A stretch of DNA of 64,000 nucleotides from NCBI RefSeq assembly GCF_009914755.1, contig NC_060945.1; one strand, written 5' to 3'. This DNA is from the human T2T-CHM13v2.0 reference genome, Homo sapiens. Both the position numbers and the translations under genes were made by a program. The number at the start of each line of letters is the position of its first letter. The stretch's first letter is position 1. Under the pieces are notes generated by a model. That model was not told the DNA's origin. It was given only the letters and a program-made list of their open reading frames with translations, and did no database searches. This document shows, in pieces, positions 30,153 through 44,170 of this stretch.

Positions 30153-31937
30153 AATCATTTAATTGGCTAGGTTTGTATTAACTTCATGATATTCAAAGAA
30201 CTAGCTTAAAATAATTTTACAAATCACTACAATAAATAAACTGCTTGATGAGTCTAAATTATTGGTACAGGTTCAAAGAAAGCAAAAAATGAGGCTATGA
30301 CAGAGAGCAGAATTAGAAAGGAAATATTTGCCCGGTGATGCAATTAAAATAATACATTAAAATTTTAAGTACAGCAAATCAGTGGGAAAAGAAAAAGAAA
30401 CTGAGTAGCTACTAAAATCAATGAATGGACATATTTGAAGTTAGGGCTATAAGAAAAACTGCAGTATAATTATTTAATGTATCAATGACCTTGTTGAAAA
30501 TGTGAACAGTAGGTAGTTATTCCAATAAGAAGGCACAATAATAGCACGTAAGATTGATAAGATTCATTTAATAAGGCATGTGATTATAGTGATAACTACT
30601 ACAAGATGGATGTTATTGTTTGTATCCAAATGAATTCCATTAGAATCACTTTAAAGGACTAGGATAAGAAATCTGTTCAAGCTGTTGTCCTAGCTCAATG
30701 TTTGAAATCCCAAGGGAGAGAGGTAATAAATAAGTTAAATGCAATAACAAAGCACCCTTATCTAAAGCTGAGTTCCTGGAGTAGCATAAAAATCAGAAGC
30801 TCTTTATGCTGGGATGGATTTTTCAAAGTACAAGTTTCTCCTTGCCTTTTAATAAGTATCTGGATAAAAGACAAGGGAGGTCATTGGCCAAAGGGAAAAA
30901 TAGTATGATTTATTTTAAAATTTAGTTAGTAGAATGTTATTTTATAAAATCTGCATTTGGTTATTAGAACCCTGAAATTTTTCCTTACATTTATTAATGA
31001 AATCTGCAGGTTATATCCATAACCATGACCAAGGCCAGTCAGTTGTATCGATTATAATCAGGAAAAGCATGCTAAATAGATCAAAAAAGAACCTCATAAT
31101 ATATGAATGAACAGGCAACAGGTCCAACTTTGACCTTTCTTAGAACAATCCTATAATATTTTACTTTACTACCTTTCTTTTTATTTTACCCATTATAAGT
31201 TGATGTGTGTTATTTTAATCATTCACAGGGTTACCTGTTTTCACATAAATATTTGGAATAAAATATTTAAGAAGGATTCTTATAGCAGCTCTAGGGAATT
31301 GGACCTGAGAAGTATTTTTTTCTAAAAGAGAAGGTAAAATTGGTTGTGCAACTGATAATACCACCCATTCACATCCTAAGAATATCAACTTCTAATTTTT
31401 CTTTTTTATGTTTTTGCCTGCATATTGTAATTCATTATTAAGTAAGGAGATTTTTTAAAAATACATTGTTATAATCTCCTTGTTAATGCAGTTTTTCTCA
31501 TTAATGAACAGGAAAATTCACTTTATTGATATAATTTACTATTCACTTTTTCTTAACTGTTTCAACTAGTTTGCCATCAAGGGTTTGTCCTGTCTTGGTC
31601 AGTCTCATTCATATGTGATTGACTACAGATGGTATTAAATAGACAGATGGTATTAAACAAAGACTAGAAGCTAGTGATCATTAAGTTATTCAATGCTCCT
31701 ACTTTCAAAGGGGCAGTTTTTCACTACACTGTCATCCTTTTTATAATATAAAGTTGCATATATATCCATATATGTTATATATATATACCCATATATCTCT
31801 GTATGTGGGTATTCCTATATCCATATCTCATATCTCCATCTATATGTATATGTGTATTTCTATACACCCAATAGCCAGAGAGATACATATAGGTAGATAA
31901 GTAGGCAGAGATATTAAAAAAGATATACATTTTGCTA

Positions 31938-32253
<316 letters not shown>

Positions 32254-32963
32254 TGAATAAAGTGCATGAAGTGCAAGGTGGCTGTTATGATCAACAAAGA
32301 GAATTCTTCAAAGAAGCTAGTAAGAGCTAAATAGCCAAAAGCTGAGAAGATCAGAACAAACAAAAGATGTTACTGGGTTCTAGTACTCTTAAGATCTATG
32401 TTTCTCCCTTCCAATTATTTACTTCATAGAAAAGGCGGTCAGATTATCCTAGTCTGACTGAGGCTACACAAACCTGTCTTAATTTTCTGTGTAGTGGGGC
32501 AATGTTCATGGAGCTCAGACACAGGTACAAGAGCTCAATCTCAGATTATTAGAATCATGACGAATTTATCAGCCTCCCCACAGACATTTACTTCATGTGA
32601 GTTAGATGAGATTATACAGCTACGTGGTCTAGGAAGATGTGAGACCATAATATAGAGTGCCCCCACTTCAGTATTCTCCCTCATAACGACACTTTTAACA
32701 TTATTTCTAGGACAGCTGGGACCTAAGCCCATTGTTTTGTTTTTTTCCAATAGAGGCTGTAAATTAATATGCAGTAATGTATCAATCCAATAGAGATTCG
32801 ATTTTTTATTTGACTTCAGTCATGTATAAATGCCAATCCCAAACTACTCCTTTTCAGAGTTGATTCCTATTCTATTAGCTTTTAAAACTGATATAAAGAT
32901 TGAGCTAAAAAAAGTCTATCATTAGAATGTCAGATGTAATGAAACATAAAGAAATAAAAAACA

Positions 32964-33239
32964 AGTCAGGCAACAGTGGCTCGCAATTTGGGAGGCCAAG
33001 GTGGGAGGATTGCTTGAGGCCACACACGTTAGAGACCAGCCTGGGCAACATGGCAAAACCTCATCTCTACTAAAAATACGAAAATTAGCCAGGTGTGGTG
33101 TCGCGGGCCTGTAGTCCCAGCTACTCAGTAGTCCGAGGTGGGAGGATCACTTGAACCCAGGTGGTTGAGGCTGCAGTGAGCCATGATAGTGCCACTGCAC
33201 TCCAGCCTGGATGACAGAGCAAGACTCTGTCTCAAAAAA
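32964..33239 (+). mobile_element. AluJ (AluJb-like)
   Basis: GGAGGATTGCTTGAGGCC and GAGGCTGCAGTGAGCCATGAT; left-arm deletion; short tail. Confidence 0.92.
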
Positions 33240-34751
33240 TTTTCTTCTTTGATTGAAAGTTTTTCCTCCCAGTCATTTCAAAAAGAGGGAGAAATAAAAG
33301 GAGATTTCAATAAAAATGCTGATTATTTCCTGTTAATTTTGAGTAAATGATATAGGTTGTTTGGCTGAAAACTGCCCTTTAAGCTCGCTTCATTAGTCAC
33401 GACTAGCATGTGCTATAATTTAAGACAAAGCCCACATAGTACAAACAAGGGAGCAATTACTTTGGCTTAAAGCTTGTAGTGCTTTGAACTTTATTTTTTC
33501 TTTAACAAGATCACTTTTGGACTTTGTACAGATTTTATTTTCTCACATAAAATTATGTCCTTATCTACATTTATTAAATGTAAGATTTAATTTTATTGAC
33601 AGAAATATAGAAATGCTACATTAATTGCCACAGGCTGGGTGATGCAGAATATGGTAAGTTAAGTATTAATGAGAATTGTATTTTACTGTGTTCCAAGAGC
33701 CAAAGAAGTGTTTGACATAATATTTACGAGTCTGAATTATAGGGACATTCTAACAGCATTAAGAAATCATATATGAAAAAAATTATATGCCATAAAACTA
33801 TTTTATCTGAATCATATTTCTTAGTATTCTTCTCTATTAAACAGCTGACTTAGGGCTTTAGAATATCCTGAGAAATGATGTCCTTCTAAGTGGGATTTAT
33901 AAATACTTCTTGACAAGAAAAGATACATTTACTCCAATTTTTAGCATGTGTTATTTTATGACCTCAAATTGCAACCCTAGATTTTTTCCCTTATTGAAAT
34001 ATTTTTAGATTTCTGGTAGAAAAATGTATTTCAAATCATTGTGCAAGAGAAATATTTCTTTAAAGGGAAAATGAACTATAATATTAAAAAGAGACAAGCT
34101 TTTGGGGGGTTTTTGCAATCTGTTTAACAGGAGAAATAAAAAATACATGAAAACATTTTTGTGCTTGAAACAAACTATTTTATGCTAAAGTGAAACTGTC
34201 AAAATCAGCAAATATTTATTGGGCATCTCTGTGTTTAAGAAACTCTTCATATATCCATACATGTCATATATATCCATGTAGATAGATGGATTTCCATATA
34301 CCCATGTCATCACAGCCCCGTGCTGTGGGTTTACAGGACCTAAAGAAAAACATTGCTGCATTAAAAATAACTTACAAGAAAAGGCTTTCATACCAATTAT
34401 AGTAGACCACTTATAAGGATTTCTAGGCACAGTAAAGTAGCATAGTACTTGACTAATGGTTAGATAATAATAATGCCATTAATTTGCAGAAGTCAGTCTC
34501 AGGGCTGGTCAGTGCAGTGAGTGGGTACTTCTGCAATTCTCTCTCTCTTTTTTTTTTTATTCCAATAAGGCTGTGCTAACTCCAAATGCCACATTCTCCC
34601 ATTACAATGCATAACACTGGAAGAAAAAAAGAGTAGAAAAGGGAAACTCTATTACCCTATATTTTTCTTTAAACAGTGAAAAGTGTTTCTGAAAAGCGCT
34701 TATCTGACTTGCAGAGTAATGAGGGCAAAAGTTAATATGATACGCCTTGAC

Positions 34752-34909
34752 CAGTGGCTCTTAAAGTGTCATCTATGGCAAGTTGTTAGAAATCCAAATT
34801 TTCAGGTTCCAAACCAATCTTACCGAGTTAGAAACTGGCAGTGGAGCCTGCAGATGATTAACAAGCTCCTCAGAACATTTTGAAGTACTCTAATGTTTGA
34901 GAATTACTG
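34752..34909. mobile_element. MER5A (hAT-Charlie MITE)
   Basis: TIRs CAGTGGCTCTTAAA...TTTGAGAATTACTG; internal TTGTTAGAAATCCAAATT. Confidence 0.8.
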
Positions 34910-35121
34910 CGTTACACCAATTGTGACTCACTTCCAGCGGCTGGATATGAATTGGAGTAAGGTCTCTAATCATACATTTCAGAATTCTCACCGAACTCTA
35001 GGCTGTTCTGCATTTTTTCGTGTGACTTGAAATAACAATTAGAAGTCATCAAAGGCCATCACATTTATAGATAGAAAGTTCATACAAATGATAGAGTCCA
35101 TTATTATAAGATATCATTTCT

Positions 35122-35620
35122 CCTTTAGGGCTTTTAGTTGCAAGTAACAAACATGGAAATTTAACTGAAACTGGCTTGAACAGAAAAGGAGTAGAGAAGG
35201 GACTCATGTAATTCAGGTCATGTAGGGTCTTATTAAGAAACTCAAGTGACAGACACAGTCATAGCTGGGCTTAGATCTTTTCTCTTCCAGGCTGGCTTTA
35301 CTCATGGCACTGGTTTCTAGGAGCTCCAGGATGGCATTCATCAAAGTGCAAATCTAGAGAAAATATAAAGTTTACTTTCACTTACTGAAGAGTCTGATTG
35401 AAGATTATATACTATATGTTGTTCATAATTCCTTCCTGAATAATCACCCTTACTGTAGCAATGTTTTAGGCTGTTTATCTCAGATCCAATTATATGCCCA
35501 TTTTCAGACATGGGAATAGATTTAGACTCCAATCCTGTGTTTAAAAATGTGGTTATCACCCACAATTAGGAAAGGTTCCTTAATCCCAAGAGTGAAGGGA
35601 CTTGAGGTGGCAAAAGTAAA
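35122..35620 (-). mobile_element. Old MaLR LTR (MLT1J/K/L-like), degenerate
   Basis: TTTTAGTTGCAAGTAACAAAC...AACTGGCTTGAACAGAAAAGG is typical of old MLT1 ends. Confidence 0.5.
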
Positions 35621-36014
35621 TAATGGCCATTTAAATCTATAAAGTCATCTGTGAGGAATGGAATACATAAAAGTCAATAACTAATCCTACCTTGGGTCCG
35701 TAAATGCCCCTGTGTATATACAAGATGTTGAAATCTCTTAATCATGATTATGGAAAGGCAAATGATGTTTTTTTCCAGAGTAAAGTCAATATACATTGAC
35801 TACATGATGCAGTAACTAGAAACGTTAAAGCAGCCTTTGGAAATTATTTTTAAGTCATGTTTCCTTTTTAGTACTTAAATCTCAAATGAATCATTTTCAT
35901 GTCTCCATCTACACCGTCCCTACCCAGTTTGATTATCTCCCATCTTGGTTATGCTGTTCGTCCCTTGCTTTAATTTTAATCCTTCTCTATTCTAGCCTCT
36001 AGGATATCAGACTG

Positions 36015-36555
36015 TTTAAGACAACTTTTCCTTTTGGAATTAATTTATACTTACAGAAATAAATAGGGTAATACAGAAAGTTCTGTTGTACCCCTCTTCC
36101 AGTTTCACCCTTTATTACCACCTCACAGTACCCTGGTATATTCATCGAAACTAAGATTTCAACATCATTTTATGTGAACTCCAGACATTAATTGGATTTC
36201 ACCAGTCTTTCCACAAACATCCTCTGTTTCAGAACCTGATACAGAGTACCACATGGCATTTACTTGTCATGTCTCTCCAGTCTCCTCTAATCTGTGAGAG
36301 TTTCTCAGTCTTCCCTTGTTTCCTTGTCATCAGACTTGGAATTGTCTGATGTTTTCCTCATGGTTAGATTGAGGTTATAGATTCTTGGAAAGAACATGTC
36401 AGAGGTGAAGCAATCTTCTCACATTTTATGAGGGAACACACAATGTCAACATAAAATTATTGGTGAGATTAACCTTTACAATTTGATTAAGATAGTTTTG
36501 ACCATGTTTCTCTATTTCTCTACTATAAAATTCCTATTTCCCCTTTCAACACCCT
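36015..36555 (-). mobile_element. L1MC (L1MC4-like) 3'UTR fragment
   Basis: CCACATGGCATTTACTTGTCATGTCTCTCCAGTCTCCTCTAATCTG; TTGTCTGATGTTTTCCTCATGGTTAGA. Confidence 0.75.
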
Positions 36556-36574
36556 CCAGACTCTCACAGATATA

Positions 36575-36792
36575 CATGTGGAATATTCCTTATTCCAAAT
36601 ACTTGAGAACAGAACTCTTTCATATGTCAGATTTCTTTTGGATTTTGGATATTTGCATTATACTTACTGGTTGAGCATCCCACATCTGAAAATCTGAAAT
36701 TGGAAATGCTCCAGTGAGCATTCATTTGATGGTTATATTCCCACTCAAAAAGTTTCAGATGTTTGATTTTTGGATTTGGAATGCTCAATCTG
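36575..36792. mobile_element. Tigger4a/MER46A (TcMar-Tigger)
   Basis: GGTTGAGCATCCC...CTGAAAATCTGAAAT..GAAATGCTCCA; flanked by TA. Confidence 0.85.
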
Positions 36793-37176
36793 TATATATC
36801 AGGTTTAAAAAAATGCTAAGATTTCTTTCTGCATAATACTTTCATATGTCCATGGCCCTTAAAGTTGGAAGTTCCTATATGATTGGAATCTACACATACA
36901 TGCATACAAATACATACATTCATAAACAAATGCATATACACTAATTTTAATGTCAAATGTGGCATATTCAGAATTCACCAAAACTTAGGAAATGATAGTA
37001 TTAATAATCAAGCCAAACTTTTCTCTGTGAAAGACTGTCAGGCCATTGGTGATTAAAATTTGTTTACTACCTAACTGGGCATCATAGTCAATAGGATAGT
37101 TCTGAGTCACAAATGCATCATGGCAATTTTCTTTCATAGTCAATTCCAGCCTTTAGGGACTAAAGAAAAATATGTT

Positions 37177-37827
37177 ATTTACAAGAAAACAAACAAACAA
37201 CCCCATCAGAAAGTGGGCAAAAGATATGAACAGACACTTCTCAAAAGAAGACATTTATGTGGCCCACAAACATGAAAAAAAGCTCATCATCACTGGTCAC
37301 TAGAGAAATGCAAATCAAAACCACAATGAGATACCATCTTATACCAGTTAGAATGGCGATCATTAAAAAGTCAGGAAACAACAGATGCTGGAGAGGATGT
37401 GGAGAAATAGGAATGCTTTTAAAATATTGGTGGGATGGTAAATTAGTTCAGCCATTGTGGAAGACAGTGTGGCAATTCCTCAAGGATCTAGAACTAGAAA
37501 TACCATTTGACCCAGCAATCACATTACTGGGTATATACCCAAAGGATGATAAATCATTCTACTACAAAGAAACAGGCACGTGTATGTTTATTGCAGCACT
37601 GTTCACAATAGCAAAGACTTGGAACCAACCCAAATGCCCATCAATGATAGACTGGATAAAGAAAATGTGGCACATGTACACCATGGAATACTATGCAGCC
37701 ATGAAAAAGGATGAGTTCATGTCCTTTGCAGGGACATGGAGGAAGCTAGAAACCATCATTCTCAGCAAACCAACACAGGAACAGAAAACCAAACACCACG
37801 TATTCTCACTCATAAGTGGGAGCTGAA
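37177..37827 (+). mobile_element. L1PA7-like ORF2 C-terminal fragment, truncated at both ends
   Basis: 189-codon ORF 37257-37826 ([13 protein letters not shown]...FSLISGS); no 3'UTR, poly-A or TSD. Confidence 0.93.
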
Positions 37828-38709
37828 TATTTCTTTCAAATATCTGTTCTAATAATATGATGGCCAGTCATCACAGTTTGCACAGTATTATGCTGGTTTT
37901 AGTATCTGAATTCTCTCACCCTGGGAAAACTTTTAGTCTTGTTCATGTATGGATTTTTAAACAACTAGCTCACGTTCTCTTAGGTGGTGCTGTAGGTTGA
38001 CAAAGACTCTCTTACAATATAGTCTCCAGGAGATTTTAGTAGACTTTCTATAATCTACCCAGGCCATGGTTTAGTGAGATTATGTCATGTTAACTGTATA
38101 TGCACCAATATTTGAAGGCATGTACAAACATATTTTTTATTTAAACCAGCATCAAATTCTACCAAAACCGGCAAGTTTAGTTTGTAAGTAAAGATGAAAT
38201 GACTGGACATTCTAAATGGATGGACTTTGAGTTCTTTTGTCAGGGTGCTCAAGATGATGCAGACTTACCTATATGCTCTCACCTTGCCTCCCTGGTGACC
38301 TGCATGATTTATTTGTCAGAGAAAATGACTACCTTAAATCTAAGCAATGGGTAGTTATCAAATCTAAAAAAAATCTATGTGACTCAAAGGGAATTTAAAT
38401 TCATGACTCTGCTTCATTAATACTAATCTCAAAGCAAGTCAACAAGATAAAAGATATTAACTCTTGTCCCATCTTCATGTGGCTCTTGTTGTATTACTAA
38501 GGGTCATTGGAGGCTGCCTAGCTAGTCACTATTCTGAAAATGAGACTGACATTAATCAAAAAGATAGCATAATGAAAGAGCAAAAGGGAACAACTTGTTC
38601 TAATCAACATTGAGTCATTGATAACTCCACTAATCGAACTCAAACAAGTCTGAAATACTGTGGTCTTGGAATCAAACTTGAAACCAGAGGCAGAGTAATG
38701 CCTGATACA

Positions 38710-39007
38710 ATGAAATCCAAGCTCAGATTACTAGGATTTGTATCCTGACTCTACCATTTGGCAACTGTGTCCTCTGGAAAGTTATTTAACTTTTCTGGAA
38801 CTTCGTTTCCCAATTTATAAAGTACTATTCCTAAGAGTCCCTCCCTTATTTCATCACAGGTACACCGACTTCATCTATTTTCTTAACTCTTCTGAGCTTC
38901 TATTGACTTACTTGCAAATTACTGGCTTTGACTGCCTCAATTGAGTGTTGTCAGGATAAAATAGAATAACGTATGCAAAGACTCCAACCCACAGCATTAT
39001 TATTATT
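38710..39007 (+). mobile_element. MIR split by about 100 bp of unrelated sequence
   Basis: TCCTGACTCTACCATTTG...GTTATTTAACTTTTCTG at 38.74-38.82 kb, then GTGTTGTCAGGATAAAATAGAATAACGTATGCAAAG at 38.94 kb. Confidence 0.65.
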
Positions 39008-40005
39008 CAGTAGGTTATAGAGGTGTTATACATAATTTGTTTTTCCCTAATAAATAAAAATGGGAACATGTGATTTATTATGTTACACATAATTTTCAGT
39101 TGTAAAACAATTTATGTTGCTATGTGATGTATCTTTTTGCTGATGCATGCTTGATGTCAGGGGCACGGGGCATTGCACGTTAAACTTTGTACACAAATTA
39201 TTAATGTCAAAAATAAAACCTACAGAAGACGGATTAGAAAATAAATATTTTTATCTTGAGATAAACAAAAAATCCAAGTCCTAATCACCTACATATTTTC
39301 AGCCACATGTGCAGTTCTATTAGTAAAACTCTCTCTCTTACTAAGGAGTAAAATTAAATTTTACTCCTTTCTCCTATTTTAACCTAAAATGATCTCTCCT
39401 AATCTTTGCATAGCAATAATAGGTAGGTAATACATTAAAAACATCCTTTAATCAAAAGTCTATTTCAAAGTTTTACAACCACAAGTCAAATTTATTTTCT
39501 GAGGGAATTAATCTTAATTTATATAATCAAAAACAATAGATGCAGGAGGAAAACATGAAAGCAAATTCTGAGGAAATATTTGTTTCATAGATTCAGGAAA
39601 ACATTTTTCTTCAGATATGACTGAATAGTAATAATTTTTGTCTTACAGTTCTTTCACTTGCTTTACTTCAGCATTTACATTAGCATTAATATAATTTTAT
39701 CTACGATATATTATTTCAATTATTTTATATACATCTTCACTTCTAATTTTTCTAAATATACTTATTGTATTGCTTCATTTTTTTCATTTTCTTCTCATCA
39801 TATTAACCAACTTAAATTATAATATAAATAATTTTGATAGAGAGAATAGGAACATTATCCAATATGAACACCAATTTTGATGAAATTCCTGAGAATTAAA
39901 TCTTCCAAAAACTTTATACATTTAAATCAGAATTTTTACACTTCTAAAAATAGTATCTTAAAATATATTCAAATAAGCATGTAATCTTAAAATTATTAGT
40001 TTTCT

Positions 40006-40220
40006 TTAGACAATAGGGTATGGCGACTATATTTAGCAACAATATATTATATATTTTAAAGTTGCTAGAAGAGAAGACTTGAATTTTTCACAAATACACA
40101 AATGATAAACACTCAAAGTGATGGATGCCTCAAATACCCTGACTGATCATTACACGTCTATGCATGTAACAAAATACCACATGCACCCCATAAATAAGTA
40201 AAATATTATGTACCAATAAA
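40006..40220 (+). mobile_element. Short L1MA (L1MA6/7-like) 3'-end insertion
   Basis: CATTACACGTCTATGCATGTAACAAAATACCACATGCACCCCATAAAT...CAATAAAA; TSD ATTAGTTTTCT at 39995 and 40221. Confidence 0.85.
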
Positions 40221-41369
40221 ATTAGTTTTCTCCTAATTTTATTTATTTAATTTTATATTCCTTCAATTTTTTTTGTAATTGCTATATTGGTTAGGGTATA
40301 CATAGAAGAAATGATATGATTTTACCTATTGAGGAAAATATTTTGTGTGATTTTTTAAAATTCCAAATGAAGCTTATTTAAATTGTCTGTGCCTTGGTGT
40401 GCTTTTTTCCTTATATTAGTCTAGGAAATCTCAATTCAACTGAAACACCTTCTTTCTAACTTATTTTATCTTATCTAACTTATCTAGCTTACTTTCTCTT
40501 TCTAACTTACTTTATCCTAGTGCTCTTGAATCTATTAATATGTAACTATTTCCTTACTGAGAGTCAGTTAAACAAGACTTCTTTATAACCTCTTTGTCTC
40601 TTTGCTTCCATTCTTTTAGATTATTGTTAAATTACTGGGTCCCAGGTGCAAGGCTTATTCTTTCCAAACAGCTGTGATTAGTGGAATACTATTAGTATCT
40701 ATATTATTCATATGTGATTTAATCATAGAAATTCCAGTTTTACCTCACTAGAATTGTTAGATGAAATTTCTACATTCCCTATCATTTTACTTGTAACAAT
40801 TTCCTTTTCAATTCTCAAAAATAATTTCTAATGTATATTTTCCTTTGCTTCTTTTAGTTTTGATCAAAGCGCACTGAGTTCAGATAAAATGTGAGTTTCC
40901 GGCAGGGAAAAGGCATCGGTATCCTTTCCTTGCCATTGCTATTTATTATTTTTCCAAACAGCAGTTCGCTTCTCTACACCCTGGGCTATTTCTCAACTGA
41001 AATAGATTGTACTCTGAAGTTCAGCAACTGCTTGTGATTCAGCCCTTTGGTTCTAACATTAGAGTTTCGGTTTTAACATTTGCTACTCCATGATATTTTT
41101 GAGACCCAGGGCAAATCTGTAAAGGTGTTTGCTGTAATTTCTTCCTTTGTAGTTTACATAGCGTAACATTTTTATTGGCAAACCTGTAAAATTCCTTTAG
41201 AAAATTACAAATACAAGCCTCGATTAGAGATTTGGGTATTTGTCTAATATGTCTGTGTGCATTATTCATAGCTGTATACATAATAAGAATACTAGAAATA
41301 TATCTGGATATTATTTCAACATTTTTCCTTGAAGTAATTGTGTGATAATTGACAACTCATCTCACTTTT

Positions 41370-41800
41370 CTAGACTTTTAAATATATTTTTAAGGTATAG
41401 CATTTATACAAAAAATGCACAAATCATCATGCATATCTTTATGAATTTTCACAAGGTTACTACACCAATGTAACCAGAATCAAACAGAGAGAATATACCA
41501 GCATCACAGAAACTTCTCGTGTCCACTTCCAGTAACTGAGAATTATGGATAACCAATATGCCAACACCTAAACAACAGATTAACTGATCTTGTTTAGTAA
41601 TCCTTATTTTTTATTTTATATGACTGGAATCACACAGAATACATTACTAGGTGCCCTCTTTTCTTTTCCTCAAAAAGTTACCTTTGTAATATTTATCCAT
41701 GTTGTTGCATAGTTGTAGTTTACTTATTTTCATTCTTTACAGTATTCCATTGTGTAATCATACCACAATCTATTTAGTTATTCTTAGAATGTATTTGCTT
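41370..41800 (-). mobile_element. L1ME-like 3' fragment
   Basis: AAAATGCACAAATC...TGAATTTTCACAAG; ATCCATGTTGTTGCAT...GTATTCCATTGTGT. Confidence 0.65.
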
Positions 41801-42189
41801 TCTGGTGAACTAGGAAATCGTTTCCTAAAATAAATGTCAAGTCAGACGATGTATGTACATTTTTAATTCTAGTACTGAATTTACTCACAATTCACAGGAT
41901 ACGATAGCAAAACAAAAGCTTAGTCTTTAAGGAGGTCCATGATTGTCAATGCTACTCCCACAGTGCCTTTTATCTCTTGTATTAGGCCATGTTCTGGTTT
42001 AAGTTTAACATAAAAAGTTTAAGCAATATTTTTGCTAGGGTATTTGTTTAGTAGCATAATTGTAGAAGGATTTAATCAGACTATTTCCTTTTCAAGTATC
42101 CACATTAAAGGGAGAAAAATAGGCTACAAGTCTCCTTCTAACCTTGATCTTTTCCTTCTCACTAAAAAAAAAATTTTTATTCATTCATT

Positions 42190-43950
42190 CATTCATTCAT
42201 CTGTTCTTTTTTATACCTTCTATTTATATATGCAGACTAGCATACTTTTATATATGTAGTGATCAGGACATTATGTTTTTCTAGTTGGATTTCCAGTTGC
42301 CACAGTACCATTTATTAAAAAGAATTATCTTTTAATAAAGAATTCATTGTCATAAATAAGGTGATTATATATGGGTGAATCTGTTTCTGTGCTCTATATT
42401 CTGTTCCCACTCTCTATTTTCTTCCATAATTACCTAGCATCATTGGTAAATTGTCTTAATTACTACAGGTTTATCCAATATCTGCCACTGTATTTTTTCT
42501 GTTTTTATCTTTCTTCTGTAAGGTTGCCTTAACTGTCCTTAGCTCCTTGCATTAATTCATAAATTTTATAATCAAATTTTCATTTTCCTCATGAATAAGA
42601 GATTTAAAAAAATCAGATTGGGTAGAACTGTCACCTTTCTGATACTGATTGTTTTAATTCATTGAGTTAAGTCCTTTATTTTTGTTATTTGTGTTTTAAT
42701 GTTTTAATATAGTTCTTATACATATTTTGTTAAAACCATGATCTTTTTGGTGTTTGTTGCTATTATAAAGATTATCTTTTAAAATTTTACTCTAATGTCT
42801 TTGTAATTGGTAAACAAAATGAATACCATTTACTTTTACATATTTGCTTGTATCCAATAAATTGTTAAATTAATAGATATCCTATGTACACAAATAATTT
42901 CATCTGTGAATAATGATAATTTTTTCCTCTTTATTTCAATCTTTATGTATTTTTTCTTGCCTTATTATATTAGCTAAGACCCTCAGTTCAATGTAGAAAA
43001 GACGAGGTGATAGTAAATATTTTTTTCATCCTTGATGTCATCGGGAAATACTCTTAATACTTAATATTTAGTGTAATATTAACTATTGGCCTTTTGTAGA
43101 TAGCTTTTTATCAGGTTAGAGAAATTTCACACTATTCATTTTTTGCTAAGTAATCTTTTTTGTTTGTTTTGGTTGTTTCTAATCATGTATAGTTACAAAA
43201 TTTTTTTCAGATGACTTTTCAGCATCTGTCAAAATAATTACATAGTTTCTCTTCTTTATTCTTTTGACATGGTGAATAATATTGACTTATGAATCTTAAC
43301 TTCCCTTGAATTCCTGAAACAAGCCATATTTTGTCATAATTTACTGTAATTCTTTATTGTGTTAGTCTGTTCTCACACTGCTAATAAAGACATACCCAAG
43401 ACTCGATAATTTATAAAGGAAAGAGGTTTAATTGACTCACAGTTCCACATGGCTGGAGAGGCCTCACAATCATGGCAGAAGGCGAACGAGGAGCAAATTC
43501 ACTTCTTACATGGTGACAGGCAAGAGAGCTTGTGCAGGAGAACTCACATTTATAAAACCATCAGATCTCGTGAGAGTTATTCACTACCACGAGAACAGTA
43601 TGGGGGAAACTGCTCCCATGATTCAATTATCTCCACCTGGGCCCGTACTTGACATGTGGAGATTATTACAATTCTGGATGAGATTTGTGTGGGAACACAG
43701 CCAAATCCTATCATTTATATATATTCTTAGGCCTAATTGAGTAATATTTTGTTTCTAAGACAGATCTGTAACTGTCCTTTTGTCTCACAACTTTTCAGAT
43801 ATTAATCTCAAGATGATAGCTTCATGAACTTTTGTAACTCTGGAAGATCATTCAAAAACATTTGGAAATTCTGTATATCTGTGTTATTTCCATTTTAAGT
43901 ATTTTAAAGAAATTCCTGGGGAAGCCATTTGATTCTAGGATTGGACTCAA
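42190..43950 (-). mobile_element. Ancient L1M ORF2 fragment, interrupted by THE1
   Basis: CCAGTTGCCACAGTACCATTTATTAAAAAG; TTGTAGATAGCTTTTTATCAGGTTAGAGAAATT. Confidence 0.7.
43358..43713 (-). mobile_element. THE1C-like solo LTR
   Basis: TGTGTTAGTCTGTTCTCACACTGCTAATAAAGACATACC...CAGCCAAATCCTATCA; perfect TSD TTTAT. Confidence 0.93.
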
Positions 43951-43999
43951 GTTTTTAAAGTATTGCTAGTAGTATTATAGTGTTAAATGTTATAGGCTA

Positions 44000-44170
44000 A
44001 CATATAATGAACTCTTATTTTGTTCCAGGAAAAATACTGACATAGGTTATCTTATTTTTTCTGCATAGAAACTCTGTGAGGTATTATTATTATTTTGAAA
44101 ACTTGAGAATTGAAGTTTAAGGGGGATAAGCACCTTGCCCAAAGTGACACAGGTAGTTATTAAAAGAAGT
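44000..44170 (-). mobile_element. MIR
   Basis: AACTCTGTGAGGTATTATTAT...CTTGCCCAAAGTGACACAGGTAG. Confidence 0.75.

Noticed and set aside
37257-37826. 189-aa ORF as a domesticated L1 C-terminal protein
   Set aside because: The CCHC knuckle is broken (LLKYWWDG instead of LLHCWWEC); an open frame of this length is expected in a fairly young L1 fragment
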